This document shows, piece by piece, positions 1 to 9,409 of a DNA stretch of 24,000 nt (position 1 is the stretch's first letter; each line of letters begins with the position of its first letter). This DNA is from an uncultured Actinobacillus sp. (GTDB taxonomy: Bacteria; Pseudomonadota; Gammaproteobacteria; Enterobacterales; Pasteurellaceae). The stretch is from the NCBI GenBank assembly GCA_963539805.1, contig CAUTMS010000001.1:118993-142992 (forward strand), written 5' to 3'. The notes below the pieces were generated by a model. That model saw only the letters and a program-made list of their open reading frames with translations, ran no database searches and had not been told where the DNA came from. The position numbers and the translations under genes were made by a program.

Positions 1-1
1 C

Positions 2-973
2 GACAGCGCTTCTTTATTAGGCAAAAAACTGCCTCAATCAAGCTGGAATGCCATGTGGATCTTCTTCGGTGCGATTTTAGTGGTTGCGCTGTTAGGTTAT
101 TTTAAAGATCTGCGTCCGGCTTTCGATAAATCCGTACCGGCTCAGGTTGTTGAAATTGTGTCTGCCGATCAAACGGTGAAAAGCATCAACGTGAAAGACG
201 GTAAAATTGTTGCTACGGCGCAGGACGGCAAAGTGGCTATTGACGTAAAAGAAAATAAAGGCAAAACCAAAACCGCCTACAATGCGATTGAAATTTATAA
301 CGATAAAGGCGTGTTAGCACAAACCGTATCCGTACAGGATAATAATGTTGTGATTACCGCAGGCGATCAATCGGAAACCATCGCTAACGCCTCAATTGTA
401 TTGAAAGATACCATGAATAAAAAAACGAACCTAAGTATGGTTAACGTGATTCAAATTTTCATGTTGTTGGCCGGCGCGCTGATTGTCATTTTCACGAAAA
501 CCGATCCGGGTAAAATCAGTAAAAATGAAATCTTCCGTTCCGGTATGATTGCGTTAGTCGCCGTGTTTGGTATTTCCTGGATGGCGGAAACCATGTTTAC
601 GGTACATACTCCAATGATGAAAGCTGCGCTCGGTGATGTGGTGAAAGCGCACCCTTGGACTTATGCCGTGATGTTGTTATTGATTTCTAAATTCGTAAAC
701 TCACAGGCGGCCGCGTTAGTGGCGTTCGTTCCGTTGGCGTTAAGTATCGGTGTGGAACCGGCCGTTATTCTTGCGTTCGCTTCCGCTTGCTACGGTTACT
801 ATATTTTACCGACTTACCCGAGCGATTTGGCGGCAATCCAATTTGACCGCTCCGGCACGACGCATATCGGTAAATTTGTGATTAACCACAGTTTTATCAT
901 GGTCGGTTTAATCGGTGTGGTTACAGCATGTATTTTCGGTTATCTTTTCACAATGATGTACGGTTATCTTTAA
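2..973 (+). CDS. dcuB: Anaerobic C4-dicarboxylate transporter, DcuB family; 3' part only (5' end lies left of the window)
   Basis: The frame is open from nt 2, with no stop before the listed Met at 53. It aligns by eye with my recollection of E. coli DcuB: [72 protein letters not shown], ending MYG.L-stop. Confidence 0.85.
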   Translation, partial: DSASLLGKKLPQSSWNAMWIFFGAILVVALLGYFKDLRPAFDKSVPAQVVEIVSADQTVKSINVKDGKIVATAQDGKVAIDVKENKGKTKTAYNAIEIYNDKGVLAQTVSVQDNNVVITAGDQSETIANASIVLKDTMNKKTNLSMVNVIQIFMLLAGALIVIFTKTDPGKISKNEIFRSGMIALVAVFGISWMAETMFTVHTPMMKAALGDVVKAHPWTYAVMLLLISKFVNSQAAALVAFVPLALSIGVEPAVILAFASACYGYYILPTYPSDLAAIQFDRSGTTHIGKFVINHSFIMVGLIGVVTACIFGYLFTMMYGYL

Positions 974-998
974 TCGATAGCGAAAAATAAAAGAAAAG

Positions 999-1025
999 TG
1001 CGGTCAAATTTGGCCGCATTTTTTT
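999..1025 (+). terminator. Rho-independent terminator after dcuB, built on a USS core (996-1004)
   Basis: Stem UGCGGUC (999-1005) pairs with GGCCGCA (1012-1018) with one G-U pair. Loop is AAAUUU, followed by a T7 run at 1019-1025. Confidence 0.7.
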
Positions 1026-1064
1026 GTGTCTGACGTTTCTAATCCCGGCGGAAATTTATGGGAA

Positions 1065-1073
1065 AAGTGCGGT
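1065..1073 (+). repeat. Uptake signal sequence core AAGTGCGGT
   Basis: Exact 9-mer match. Confidence 0.9.
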
Positions 1074-1097
1074 CGGATTCTTGAGAGTTTTTCGGGG

Positions 1098-1128
1098 AAA
1101 AATGCGCAAATCGAATGACGACTTGCGC
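1098..1128 (-). terminator. Candidate rho-independent terminator of the Cof-type hydrolase gene
   Basis: On the minus strand, GCGCAA (1128-1123) pairs with TTGCGC (1109-1104) across a 13-nt loop, followed by ATTTTT. Confidence 0.5.
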
Positions 1129-1140
1129 GGAATGAGGTAA

Positions 1141-1956
1141 TTAAGCTTCAATCAAGCCGGATTTCACCAGAAAATTGTATATCCCGTCTTGTTCGATGTG
1201 ATCCGTCACATAATCCGCCACGTCTTTCAGTTGCGGGTGCGCATTCCCCATCGCTACGCCGACACCGACGGTATTAAGCATTTCCAGATCGTTTAAGCCG
1301 TCACCGAAGGCCATCACGTTATCCATGGACAAACCGAAATAATCAACTACGGCGCGAATTCCCCGCGCTTTGGAACCTTCCGCATCAAATAGGTCGACAG
1401 AATCTTTGTCCCAACGCACTACGCGCAATCCGTCTAAAATTTGCGCATCCGCAATCAGCTGATCCTGCGTTTCGTCATAAAACGGCAGCAACTGGAAGAC
1501 TTCATTGGATTTAAAGTAATCTTTATCCACAATGTAATCCCGCAGAATAGGATCCAATGCCGATTTTTGTTGCGGAGTGATGCCGGAAACCGCAATTTTT
1601 TTATCGGAAACAAAAGCATATTCAATGCCGTGAGCGTCAAAAAAGTCCACTAGAACCTGAATTTTTGCGGTGGGAATGGTGTGTTTTTCGATAAAATGAT
1701 CTTTATAAACCGCTAATTGCCCGTTCATGGTGACAAACAAATCGATCGGTTCCTGCGCAAGCAATGCTCGGAGTTTTAGCGGCAAACTGCAACGGGAACG
1801 TCCGGTGGCAATGGCGGGAATAATGCCGTTGGCTTTCAATTTCCGGATTGCGGGTAAAACCGAATCGGGCAAGTAATCTTTGTGTTTCACGATAAGGGTT
1901 TCATCAATATCGAAAAAGACGATTTTAATTTTGTCGCGCAGGTTCGGTACCATCAT
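1141..1956 (-). CDS. Cof-type HAD-IIB family hydrolase (sugar-phosphate phosphatase-like)
   Basis: N-terminal HAD motif I is FFDIDETL. C-terminal motif FGDGLNDLEML..VG.GVAMGNA is typical of Cof/YidA-type phosphatases. 271 aa. Confidence 0.8.
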   Translation of the reverse strand: MMVPNLRDKIKIVFFDIDETLIVKHKDYLPDSVLPAIRKLKANGIIPAIATGRSRCSLPLKLRALLAQEPIDLFVTMNGQLAVYKDHFIEKHTIPTAKIQVLVDFFDAHGIEYAFVSDKKIAVSGITPQQKSALDPILRDYIVDKDYFKSNEVFQLLPFYDETQDQLIADAQILDGLRVVRWDKDSVDLFDAEGSKARGIRAVVDYFGLSMDNVMAFGDGLNDLEMLNTVGVGVAMGNAHPQLKDVADYVTDHIEQDGIYNFLVKSGLIEA

Positions 1957-2147
1957 AACGGCCTCGGAAAACGGATAAATGTAATCAAAAAATTTTCCGC
2001 AATTCTACACTATTTTGATAGGGTTTAGGTAATAGAATGAGGGGCATTATTTGCAGGAAATGTTTAACTCAATGGGATTATTGTTAAATCCGTATTTTTT
2101 GAAATACGCCGGAGATCTATTTTTGTTACGAAATTGCAACAAATTTG

Positions 2148-2156
2148 ACCGCACTT
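2148..2156 (-). repeat. Uptake signal sequence core (ACCGCACTT on + strand)
   Basis: Exact 9-mer match. Confidence 0.9.
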
Positions 2157-2202
2157 ATGCTAGGATGACGTTCCATTTGATTGTTTGTTTTGGGAGGGAA
2201 TT

Positions 2203-3372
2203 TTGCAATTTTTACAGCGTTTTTTAAAATTGGAATCGGCGCCGGGTATTCTATTGTTCATTTTTGCCATTTTGGCAATGATGTTAGCCAATTCGCCGTT
2301 AAAATCCCATTATTTTAATTTTCTGGATATTCCTATTGCCATACGGGTGAGTACTTTTGAAATCAATAAAACCTTAATTCACTGGGTGAATGATGGCTTC
2401 ATGGCGGTATTTTTTGTGTTGGTAGGCATGGAAGTGAAACGAGAAATGGCGGAAGGTTCGCTGGCAAGTTATCGACAAGCGATTTTCCCGGCGTTAGCCG
2501 CTGTGGGCGGTATGATTGTGCCGGCGTTAATTTATGCTTTTATTACCCGTTCTCACGCGGAACTGACAAGCGGGTGGGCGATTCCGATGGCAACGGACAT
2601 TGCCTTTGCTCTGGGAATTGTTGGGTTGCTCGGTTCGCGCGTTCCGTTGTCGCTCAAAGTGTTTTTGCTGGCGCTTGCCATTATTGACGACTTAGGCGCC
2701 ATTGTGGTGATTGCGCTGTTTTATTCGGAAGAATTAAGCATGCCGGCGTTGACGGTAGCCGTCTTTGCTATTGCCGGATTATTAACGTTAAACCGTTTGA
2801 GAATGGGACATCTGTGCGGTTATTTGTTGTTTGGCACCATTTTATGGGCGTCCGTGTTGAAATCCGGCGTACACGCTACATTGGCGGGGGTGATCATCGG
2901 TTTCTGCATTCCGTTGAAAGATCGCGAAGGCAATAGCCCGTTACATATTTTTGAACATGCGATGGCGCCTTGGTGTTCTTTTTTCATTTTACCGTTGTTT
3001 GCTTTCGCCAATGCGGGAGTCTCTCTGGGCACTGTGGATTGCAGTCTGGTTTTATCCGCTTTGCCGATGGGAATCGCGTTAGGTTTATTGATCGGCAAAC
3101 CTTTAGGCGTATTCGGGTTCAGTTTTCTGGCGGTGAAATCGGGGTTGGCAAAATTACCGGAAGGCACGAATTTCAAACAGATTTTTGCCATAGCCGTTTT
3201 ATGCGGTATCGGTTTTACAATGTCCATGTTCCTGGCCAGTCTGGCCTTTGAAGGCGCGAGTGACAGCGCCGTGAATACCCTTTCTCGTCTGGGCATTTTA
3301 CTGGGATCTTCTGCTTCCGCTCTCATCGGTTATCTGGTGCTGAAAGCCGTTACCCAACCGGTGAAAGATTGA
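2203..3372 (+). CDS. nhaA: Na+/H+ antiporter NhaA
   Basis: The N-terminus [24 protein letters not shown], the [21 protein letters not shown] segment and the [16 protein letters not shown] segment are hallmark NhaA sequences. I prefer the TTG at 2203, preceded by GGGAGGG at 2192-2198, over the track start at 2185. Confidence 0.9.
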   Translation: MQFLQRFLKLESAPGILLFIFAILAMMLANSPLKSHYFNFLDIPIAIRVSTFEINKTLIHWVNDGFMAVFFVLVGMEVKREMAEGSLASYRQAIFPALAAVGGMIVPALIYAFITRSHAELTSGWAIPMATDIAFALGIVGLLGSRVPLSLKVFLLALAIIDDLGAIVVIALFYSEELSMPALTVAVFAIAGLLTLNRLRMGHLCGYLLFGTILWASVLKSGVHATLAGVIIGFCIPLKDREGNSPLHIFEHAMAPWCSFFILPLFAFANAGVSLGTVDCSLVLSALPMGIALGLLIGKPLGVFGFSFLAVKSGLAKLPEGTNFKQIFAIAVLCGIGFTMSMFLASLAFEGASDSAVNTLSRLGILLGSSASALIGYLVLKAVTQPVKD

Positions 3373-3380
3373 GGTTGATA

Positions 3381-3409
3381 AAAAACACGAGTGCAGGCTC
3401 GTGTTTTTT
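3381..3409 (+). terminator. Rho-independent terminator of nhaA
   Basis: AAAAACACGAG (3381-3391) pairs with CTCGTGTTTTT (3398-3408) across the loop TGCAGG, with a T-run at the 3' side. Confidence 0.8.
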
Positions 3410-3483
3410 AATATTTATTTGATCTATTACATCCGTTTTAAAACAGAAAAGTTTATAATAACTTTTTTATTTTTGGATTTATC

Positions 3484-4047
3484 ATGTCTTATTATACATT
3501 GTGGGTGATAGCTTTCGGGCTGTCCATGGATGCATTCGCGGTTTCCGTCGGTAAAGGCCTCACGTTAACGGATTTCTGCCTGAAATCTGCGTTAAAAATT
3601 GCGTTCTGTTTCGGACTGTTCCAGGCGTTGATGCCACTGCTGGGATATTACGTGGGGTCGCATTTCAGCAGTTACATTACCGAATTTGATCATTGGATTG
3701 CCTTTGTGCTGCTGTGTGTAATCGGTATCAATATGATTAAAGAATCCTTCAGTGAAGATGACGGCGACGACGACCCGTTCGATTTCAGTTGGCGTCATTT
3801 AATCATGTTGGGCGTGGCAACCAGTATCGATGCGCTGGCCATGGGCATTTCCTTTGCTTTTTTGAACGTGAATGTGTGGCAAGCGGCCGCCGTGATCGGG
3901 AGTACTACGGCGATTCTTTCCGTATTCGGTTTGAAAGCGGGGCACTGGCTCGGCGACAGAATCCGCAAACAGGCGGAATTGTTAGGCGGCGCGGTTTTGA
4001 TCGCAATGGGGATAAAAGTGTTGATTGAACATCAGGTTTGGGGTTAA
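3484..4047 (+). CDS. mntP: Manganese efflux pump MntP (YebN family)
   Basis: The two-fold repeated motif LSMDAFAVS / TSIDALAMG and a length of 187 aa match the MntP family. Confidence 0.85.
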   Translation: MSYYTLWVIAFGLSMDAFAVSVGKGLTLTDFCLKSALKIAFCFGLFQALMPLLGYYVGSHFSSYITEFDHWIAFVLLCVIGINMIKESFSEDDGDDDPFDFSWRHLIMLGVATSIDALAMGISFAFLNVNVWQAAAVIGSTTAILSVFGLKAGHWLGDRIRKQAELLGGAVLIAMGIKVLIEHQVWG

Positions 4048-4064
4048 AAAACAGGCCAAAAATC

Positions 4065-4110
4065 GACCGCACTTTAACGGCATTTTAACTTGCGCGCCAA
4101 AAGTGCGGTC
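4065..4110. terminator. Inverted USS pair between convergent mntP and pnuC; candidate bidirectional terminator
   Basis: GACCGCACTT (4065-4074) and AAGTGCGGTC (4101-4110) are perfect reverse complements across a 26-nt loop. A T-run follows on the minus strand (GATTTTTGG). Confidence 0.5.
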
Positions 4111-4195
4111 AAAAAAATCGAAGTTTTTTTGAAATCGGCTATGCCGGATTTACTCCGCCGGGAAGCAAATTGTTTACAACACGGCGGATGAATTT

Positions 4196-4921
4196 TTAAT
4201 CGTTTTGATGGCGTTTTACCAACCGGGTCCAGTTGTAATAACCGTAAATGGAATTGCAGAAGTACATGATATACATCACCAACAGCGGCAGACTGGTGTT
4301 GCCCGTTTTGGAATACATGCCGATCCACAGTGCGATGGTGAGCGCATTCACGATAATCCATAACGCCCATTGTTCGCGATAACGCAACATCATCAAAACC
4401 TGCGCCACAATGGACATCACCACGGTAACGCCGTCCAGTTCGGGGAAGGCGCTGTTTAAATGAGTTAACAGCTTAATGTAGCTATAAGTGCCGATTAACA
4501 CCACGGCAATGACGATTAACCATTGTTTGAAGTTCAGCGCTTTGGCGATGACTTCTTCCACGCCGTCGCTATTCACTGTATTTTTGCTGGTCATATGTTT
4601 ACGCCACAAATAAAAACCGATAAATTGAACCGGTACGTATACCAGCAAATTCAGCTGCATTTCGCCGTAAAGCCCGAAAGTATAAGAGGTGTAAGCGTAA
4701 AGAGAGACGCTGATGAGCCCGAACAAATAGTTGCTGATTTTGCCTTTTCCCACAAATACCACGCATAGAATTCCCGTGATGGCGGCGATGGTGGCAATCC
4801 AGCCGTCGGGTTGAATGGCGAAAATAACCAGTTGAATCGTCAGGAAAAAGCACAGCCACAAGGCTTCGAATCTGGTCCAGCCGCCTAAAAATTCGTCTTT
4901 CAGTTTCGCGGTCAAGCTCAT
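4196..4921 (-). CDS. pnuC: Nicotinamide riboside transporter, PnuC family
   Basis: GKISNYLFGLISVSLY and VVMSIVAQVLMMLRYREQWALWIIVNAL parallel E. coli PnuC EKISNYFFGLINVTLF and MVLSIVAMILMTRKYVENWLLWVIINV. The start is set at the ATG at 4921, with AAGGAG 6 nt upstream (4933-4928). The track start at 4972 adds an unsupported 17 aa. Confidence 0.8.
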   Translation of the reverse strand: MSLTAKLKDEFLGGWTRFEALWLCFFLTIQLVIFAIQPDGWIATIAAITGILCVVFVGKGKISNYLFGLISVSLYAYTSYTFGLYGEMQLNLLVYVPVQFIGFYLWRKHMTSKNTVNSDGVEEVIAKALNFKQWLIVIAVVLIGTYSYIKLLTHLNSAFPELDGVTVVMSIVAQVLMMLRYREQWALWIIVNALTIALWIGMYSKTGNTSLPLLVMYIMYFCNSIYGYYNWTRLVKRHQND

Positions 4922-4970
4922 AACAGGCTCCTTGGAAATGAGGTAGGAATAAAAATCGATTGATTTTTGC

Positions 4971-4979
4971 ACCGCACTT
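4971..4979 (-). repeat. Uptake signal sequence core
   Basis: Exact ACCGCACTT. Confidence 0.9.
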
Positions 4980-5128
4980 TTTTTATGTCAAGGATAAATT
5001 ATATTTTTCGGAATTTAATTTAGTTTTATCGATTATTTGTAAAGCATATTATACATAAAAAGCGGTTTGATTTTGCCGGAAGACCCGTTAAAATAGCCGC
5101 TTTTTTGATATTGAACAGGTGAAATTCT

Positions 5129-8029
5129 ATGCCGTTTGCAATCGGTCAGCGTTGGATAAGCGAAAGCGAAAATAATCTGGGATTGGGAGTGATCACAGAG
5201 GTAAACAACCGCACCGTGACGATTTTCTTCCCCGCCGCCGAAGAGACGCGGATTTATGCTGCGGCCGGCGCACCGCTGACTCGCGTGCTGTTTAATGCGG
5301 GCGATACGGTCACTCACCGGCAAGGCTGGCAGGCGCAAGTGATGGAAATTACGGTCAATAATTTGACCGCACTTTATCGGGTTAAACGGCTGGATAACGG
5401 TGAAGAAGCGGTGTGGAAAGAAATGGATCTCGCCCATCAAATCCGCTTCAGCAAACCGCAGGATCGCCTGTTCGGCGGGCAAATCGATCGCAGCGACCGT
5501 TTTGCCTTGCGTTATCAGGCGTTATTGCATCAACAGGCGCAATTTCAATCTCCTTTGCGTGGCTTGCGCGGTATTCGGGCGGGATTAATTCCCCATCAGT
5601 TGCATATTGCGAAAGAAGTGGGGCAACGCCTTCATCCGCGCGTATTGCTGGCGGACGAAGTGGGATTAGGGAAAACCGTGGAAGCGGGCATGATTTTACA
5701 GCAACAAATTTTCGCCGGACGAGCGGACAGAGTGCTGATTATTGTGCCGGAAACCTTGCAACATCAATGGCTGCTGGAAATGTTGCGTCGTTTCAATTTG
5801 CATTTTTCCTTATTTGACGAAGAACGGGCGGCGGATTTTGCCGCGACGGAGGAGAGGGACGAACGTAATCCCTTCGACAGCGAAAATTTGATTATTTGTT
5901 CGCTGGATTGGCTGATTTCCCAGCCTAAACGAGGGGAACAGGCATTGCGGGCGCAATTCGATTTACTGATTGTCGACGAAGCGCATCACCTGGCATGGAC
6001 GCCGGAAGCCGTCAGTCCGGAATATCGGCTGGTTGAAGGTTTGGCGAAGCGGATTCCATCCGTCCTGCTGCTAACGGCGACACCGGAACAATTAGGTCAG
6101 CAAAGCCATTTTGCGCGTTTGAAATTATTGGATGCGGATCGTTTTTATGACTACGACGCGTTTGTTGCCGAACAACGGCATTATCGGCCGGTGGCGGAGG
6201 CGGTGCAAACCCTGTTGGCGGAGAAACCGTTAAGTGCGGCGGAAAAAAACGCGATTTCCGATTTATTGGCGGAACAGGATACGGAGCCGCTGTTTAACGC
6301 GTTGGACAGCCGGAATGAAGCGGAAAAAGCCTCGGCTCGTCAGGATCTGATCAGCAGTCTGATTGACCGCCACGGCACCAGCCGCGTGCTGTTCCGTAAT
6401 ACGCGCCGAGGCGTGAAAGGCTTTCCGCGTCGGGTTTATCACCAAATCAATCTGGCGCTGCCGAAACAATACGTTGAAGCCGTTACAGCGGCCTGTTTGT
6501 CAGGCGAAAATCCGGAACATGACTTGTTTTATCCGGAACCTCTGTTTTGCTATAAGGAACAGGGAAACAAATGGTGGAATTTCGATCCGCGCGTGGAATG
6601 GTTGATCACTTTTTTGAAAAATCATCGCAATGAAAAAGTGCTGGTGATTTGCCGACAGGCTCAAACGGCGATTCGACTGGAACAGGCGTTGCGCGAAAAA
6701 GAAGGTCTTCGCAGTGCGGTCTTCCATGAAAATTTATCCGTTATTGAGCGGGATCGTGCCGCCGCTTATTTTGCCGATCAGGAAAACGGCGCACAGGTTC
6801 TGTTAAGTTCCGCTATCGGTTCCGAAGGGCGAAACTTTCAGTTTGCCTGCCGTTTGGTGCTGTTTAATTTGCCGGAAAATCCGGATTTATTGGAACAATG
6901 TATCGGGCGCTTGGATCGTATCGGGCAACAGCGGGATGTCCAAATTTACGCGCTCTGTTTCGCGGATTCACCGCAAAGGGTGCTGACGGATTGGTATCAT
7001 CAAGGGTTAAATGCGTTTGAGGAAACCTGTCCGATGGGCGCGGCGTTATTTGAAAAGTGCGGTCAAAAATTGCGAAGTTTTTTGCAACATCCTACCGAAT
7101 CGGCGGGCTTTGATAGGTTCCTGAAGGAAACCGAGAAGCAGCGTTTACAGCTGAAAAGGGAACTGGAAGAGGGGCGCGATCGTTTGTTGGAACTGAATTC
7201 AAACGGCGGTGACGAGGCGCAACGGCTGGCCGAGGCGATTCGGGAGGAAGATTACGATACCGGGTTGGTAAATTTCGCCCTGAATCTGTTTGATGTTATC
7301 GGCGTGGAACAAGAAGATTCGGGCGAAAAATCCATTGTGATTACACCGACGGGCACCATGTTGATACCGGATTTTCCGGGGCTGAAGGAAGACGGCGTCA
7401 CGGTAACCTTTGATCGCGAGTTGGCATTAGCTAGGGAAGAACTGGAATTTTTAACCTGGGATCATCCGATGTTGCGTAACGGTATTGATTTAGTGGTTTC
7501 CGGCGATATCGGCAAAACGGCGGCGTCATTGCTGATTAACGATAAATTGCCGCCCGGCACGTTGCTGCTGGAATTGATTTATGTGGTGGAAAGTCAGGCG
7601 CCGAAAGGCTTGCAACTTAATCGTTTCTTACCGCCTACGCCGCTACGTTTGTTGCTGGACGGTAAAGGTCGGGATTTGGCGGCGCAAGTGAGTTTTAGCC
7701 GGTTGGAAAGGCAGTTAAAGCCAATGGATAAATATGCGGCGAATAAAATGGTGAAAATGGTCCGTCCGAATATCGGAAAAATGCTGGTCATGGCGGAACA
7801 ACAGGCTGCCGAGCGGGCAAAAGCGGTGATTGCAGAGGCGCAACAACAGGCGGATTCGGCGTTAAGCCATGAGCTTAATCGTCTGAACGGGCTAAAAAGT
7901 GTCAATAAAAATATTCGTCAGGACGAAATTGACAACCTGGAAACGCTTCGCATTCAATCTTTGTCGGCGCTGGCGAAGGCGAATTGGCGGCTGGACAGCT
8001 TACGCGTGATCGTGAGCAATAAATCGTGA
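5129..8029 (+). CDS. rapA: RNA polymerase-associated SNF2-family ATPase RapA (HepA)
   Basis: The N-terminus [21 protein letters not shown] is characteristic of RapA. Helicase motifs are present: [11 protein letters not shown], the DEAH box in LIVDEAHHL, and a C-terminal helicase domain. 966 aa. Confidence 0.95.
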   Translation: MPFAIGQRWISESENNLGLGVITEVNNRTVTIFFPAAEETRIYAAAGAPLTRVLFNAGDTVTHRQGWQAQVMEITVNNLTALYRVKRLDNGEEAVWKEMDLAHQIRFSKPQDRLFGGQIDRSDRFALRYQALLHQQAQFQSPLRGLRGIRAGLIPHQLHIAKEVGQRLHPRVLLADEVGLGKTVEAGMILQQQIFAGRADRVLIIVPETLQHQWLLEMLRRFNLHFSLFDEERAADFAATEERDERNPFDSENLIICSLDWLISQPKRGEQALRAQFDLLIVDEAHHLAWTPEAVSPEYRLVEGLAKRIPSVLLLTATPEQLGQQSHFARLKLLDADRFYDYDAFVAEQRHYRPVAEAVQTLLAEKPLSAAEKNAISDLLAEQDTEPLFNALDSRNEAEKASARQDLISSLIDRHGTSRVLFRNTRRGVKGFPRRVYHQINLALPKQYVEAVTAACLSGENPEHDLFYPEPLFCYKEQGNKWWNFDPRVEWLITFLKNHRNEKVLVICRQAQTAIRLEQALREKEGLRSAVFHENLSVIERDRAAAYFADQENGAQVLLSSAIGSEGRNFQFACRLVLFNLPENPDLLEQCIGRLDRIGQQRDVQIYALCFADSPQRVLTDWYHQGLNAFEETCPMGAALFEKCGQKLRSFLQHPTESAGFDRFLKETEKQRLQLKRELEEGRDRLLELNSNGGDEAQRLAEAIREEDYDTGLVNFALNLFDVIGVEQEDSGEKSIVITPTGTMLIPDFPGLKEDGVTVTFDRELALAREELEFLTWDHPMLRNGIDLVVSGDIGKTAASLLINDKLPPGTLLLELIYVVESQAPKGLQLNRFLPPTPLRLLLDGKGRDLAAQVSFSRLERQLKPMDKYAANKMVKMVRPNIGKMLVMAEQQAAERAKAVIAEAQQQADSALSHELNRLNGLKSVNKNIRQDEIDNLETLRIQSLSALAKANWRLDSLRVIVSNKS
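5366..5374 (-). repeat. Uptake signal sequence core (inside rapA)
   Basis: Exact ACCGCACTT. Confidence 0.9.
7055..7063 (+). repeat. Uptake signal sequence core (inside rapA)
   Basis: Exact AAGTGCGGT. Confidence 0.9.
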
Positions 8030-8183
8030 TTTTTTCATGTTGATGCTTTTAACCGGGATTTCCGTCATCTTGAGAAAATTGTGTTAAACGCTTTTTCACT
8101 TCATATGGCTTCTATATTTATTCAAAAAAACAGGTGAAAACTGAAGAATCTTTAATGTCGCATAATTTTATTTCTCAGGGTAT

Positions 8184-8197
8184 TGCAACCGTTTGCT
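8184..8197. promoter_or_regulatory. Candidate LacI/GalR-family (PurR-box-like) operator overlapping a candidate -35 of the TAXI-TRAP operon
   Basis: TGCAACCGTTTGCT matches 9 of the 10 specified positions of the generic TGnAAnCGnTTnCA operator pattern. It overlaps TTGCAA (8183-8188), which lies 18 nt upstream of TATATG (8207-8212). Confidence 0.3.
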
Positions 8198-8299
8198 TAA
8201 ATCTGATATATGTAGCAACACGCCGACGAGATATTTTCCGCTTCGTCGGCGCAAACACAATATAATCCGATTAAAAGCGCTTATCATGGAGTGCAGCCT

Positions 8300-9262
8300 A
8301 TGAAAAAATTATTCAAACTCTCTCTTGTTACTGGTATGGCTTTAGCGTCGCTAAATGTTCATGCCGAAGAAAAATTCATCACTATCGGGACCGGTGGTCA
8401 AACCGGCGTGTATTATGTGGTGGGTCAGTCTATTTGTCAGTTAGTGAATCGTGATACGGCGAAAACCGGCGTGAAATGTAATGCGCCTTCAACCGGCGCT
8501 TCCGTGGCGAATCTGAACGCCATTGCCGATCATCAAATGGACATGGGAATTGCCCAATCCGACTGGCAATATCACGCCTATAACGGTTCAAGTTCTTTTG
8601 AAGGTAAGAAAAACGAAAAATTACGTGCCGTTTTCTCGCTTCATCCGGAACCGTTTACATTAATGGTGCGTGATGATTCCGGTATTAAATCTTTTGACGA
8701 TCTGAAAGGCAAACGTGTGAATGTGGGCGATCCGGGCTCGGGCACCCGCGCCACCATGAATGTTATTCTGGCGGCTAAAGGCTGGACGGATAAGGATTTC
8801 AAAGTGGCTTCCGAATTAAAACCGGCGGAAATGGCCTCTGTAATGTGTGATAACAATCTGGACGCGATTACCTATAATGTGGGCCATCCGAACGGGGCGC
8901 TGAAAGAAGCGGCGGCTTCCTGCGATTCTCATTTGGTGCCGGTAACGGGCGAAGCCATCGATAAATTGGTGGCGGATCATTCTTACTATGCGAAAGCCGT
9001 GATTCCGGGCGAATTATACAAAGGCACTGACAATCCGGTGGAAACTTTCGGGGTGTATGCGACGTTGGTGACCTCCGAAGATGTGGATGCGGATAAAGTT
9101 TACGCGGTAGTGAAAGCGGTGTTCGATAATTTTGACCGTTTTAAACGCTTGCATCCGGCGTTTGCCAACCTGAAACAGGAAGAGATGATCACCAACGCCT
9201 TATCCGCACCTTTGCATGAAGGCGCCGTCCGTTATTACAAGGAACGTGGTTGGATTAAATAA
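8300..9262 (+). CDS. TAXI-family TRAP transporter solute receptor (periplasmic binding protein)
   Basis: Signal peptide MKKLFKLSLVTGMALASLNVHA followed by ITIGTGGQTGVYYVVG, typical of TAXI receptors. The start is set at the ATG at 8300, with GGAG at 8288-8291. Confidence 0.85.
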   Translation: MKKLFKLSLVTGMALASLNVHAEEKFITIGTGGQTGVYYVVGQSICQLVNRDTAKTGVKCNAPSTGASVANLNAIADHQMDMGIAQSDWQYHAYNGSSSFEGKKNEKLRAVFSLHPEPFTLMVRDDSGIKSFDDLKGKRVNVGDPGSGTRATMNVILAAKGWTDKDFKVASELKPAEMASVMCDNNLDAITYNVGHPNGALKEAAASCDSHLVPVTGEAIDKLVADHSYYAKAVIPGELYKGTDNPVETFGVYATLVTSEDVDADKVYAVVKAVFDNFDRFKRLHPAFANLKQEEMITNALSAPLHEGAVRYYKERGWIK

Positions 9263-9279
9263 AATCTCTCGTTTTTTTA

Positions 9280-9346
9280 ACCGCACTTTTTCTTGATTTC
9301 GGCGCGCTGTGCGTAGCTATCAACGTAAAAGTGCGGTCGTTTTTTT
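9280..9346 (+). terminator. Inverted USS pair plus T-run between the receptor and permease genes; candidate intercistronic attenuator/terminator
   Basis: ACCGCACTTTT (9280-9290) pairs with AAAAGTGCGGT (9327-9337) across a 36-nt loop, followed by a T7 run at 9340-9346. Confidence 0.5.
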
Positions 9347-9409
9347 GTTATTTTTTCTCCTTGTCGCTCGAATCGGCTACGGGGAGTGTTACTTGGAAGG
9401 AACCCGTCT

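Noticed and set aside
2185-2202. Track-predicted N-terminal extensions using upstream alternative starts: 2185 nhaA, 8291 TAXI, 9386 permease, 17440 rluA, 19320 kdkA, 4972 pnuC, 14023 DMT and 15926 KS.
   Set aside because: In each case a downstream start has a properly spaced Shine-Dalgarno sequence and gives an N-terminus matching the family. The extensions lack RBS support, and for rluA the extension runs through a terminator hairpin.
2820-3326. 168-aa minus-strand ORF and 93-aa plus-strand ORF (2970-3251) inside nhaA. Similar antisense or alternate-frame ORFs occur inside other genes: 1441-1653, 1455-1640, 3592-4028, 4523-4859, 5033-5817, 6263-6727, 7594-7905, 8641-8856, 9793-11965, 12031-12547, 18444-19173, 19501-20033, 20178-20414, 20909-21262, 21324-22020 and 22268-22928.
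   Set aside because: All lie within, and out of frame or antisense to, strongly supported conserved genes. They have Arg/Cys/Ser-rich low-complexity translations typical of shadow ORFs and no RBS context.
3373-3483. Looked for a yybP-ykoY manganese riboswitch upstream of mntP, as in E. coli.
   Set aside because: The intergenic region is only about 110 nt. It is mostly the nhaA terminator plus AT-rich promoter-like sequence, with no room or conserved helices for the ~100-nt riboswitch fold.
4074-4370. 98-aa minus-strand ORF overlapping the 3' end of pnuC.
   Set aside because: It is an alternative frame of pnuC extending into the terminator region, with an Arg/His/Gln-rich nonsense-like translation.
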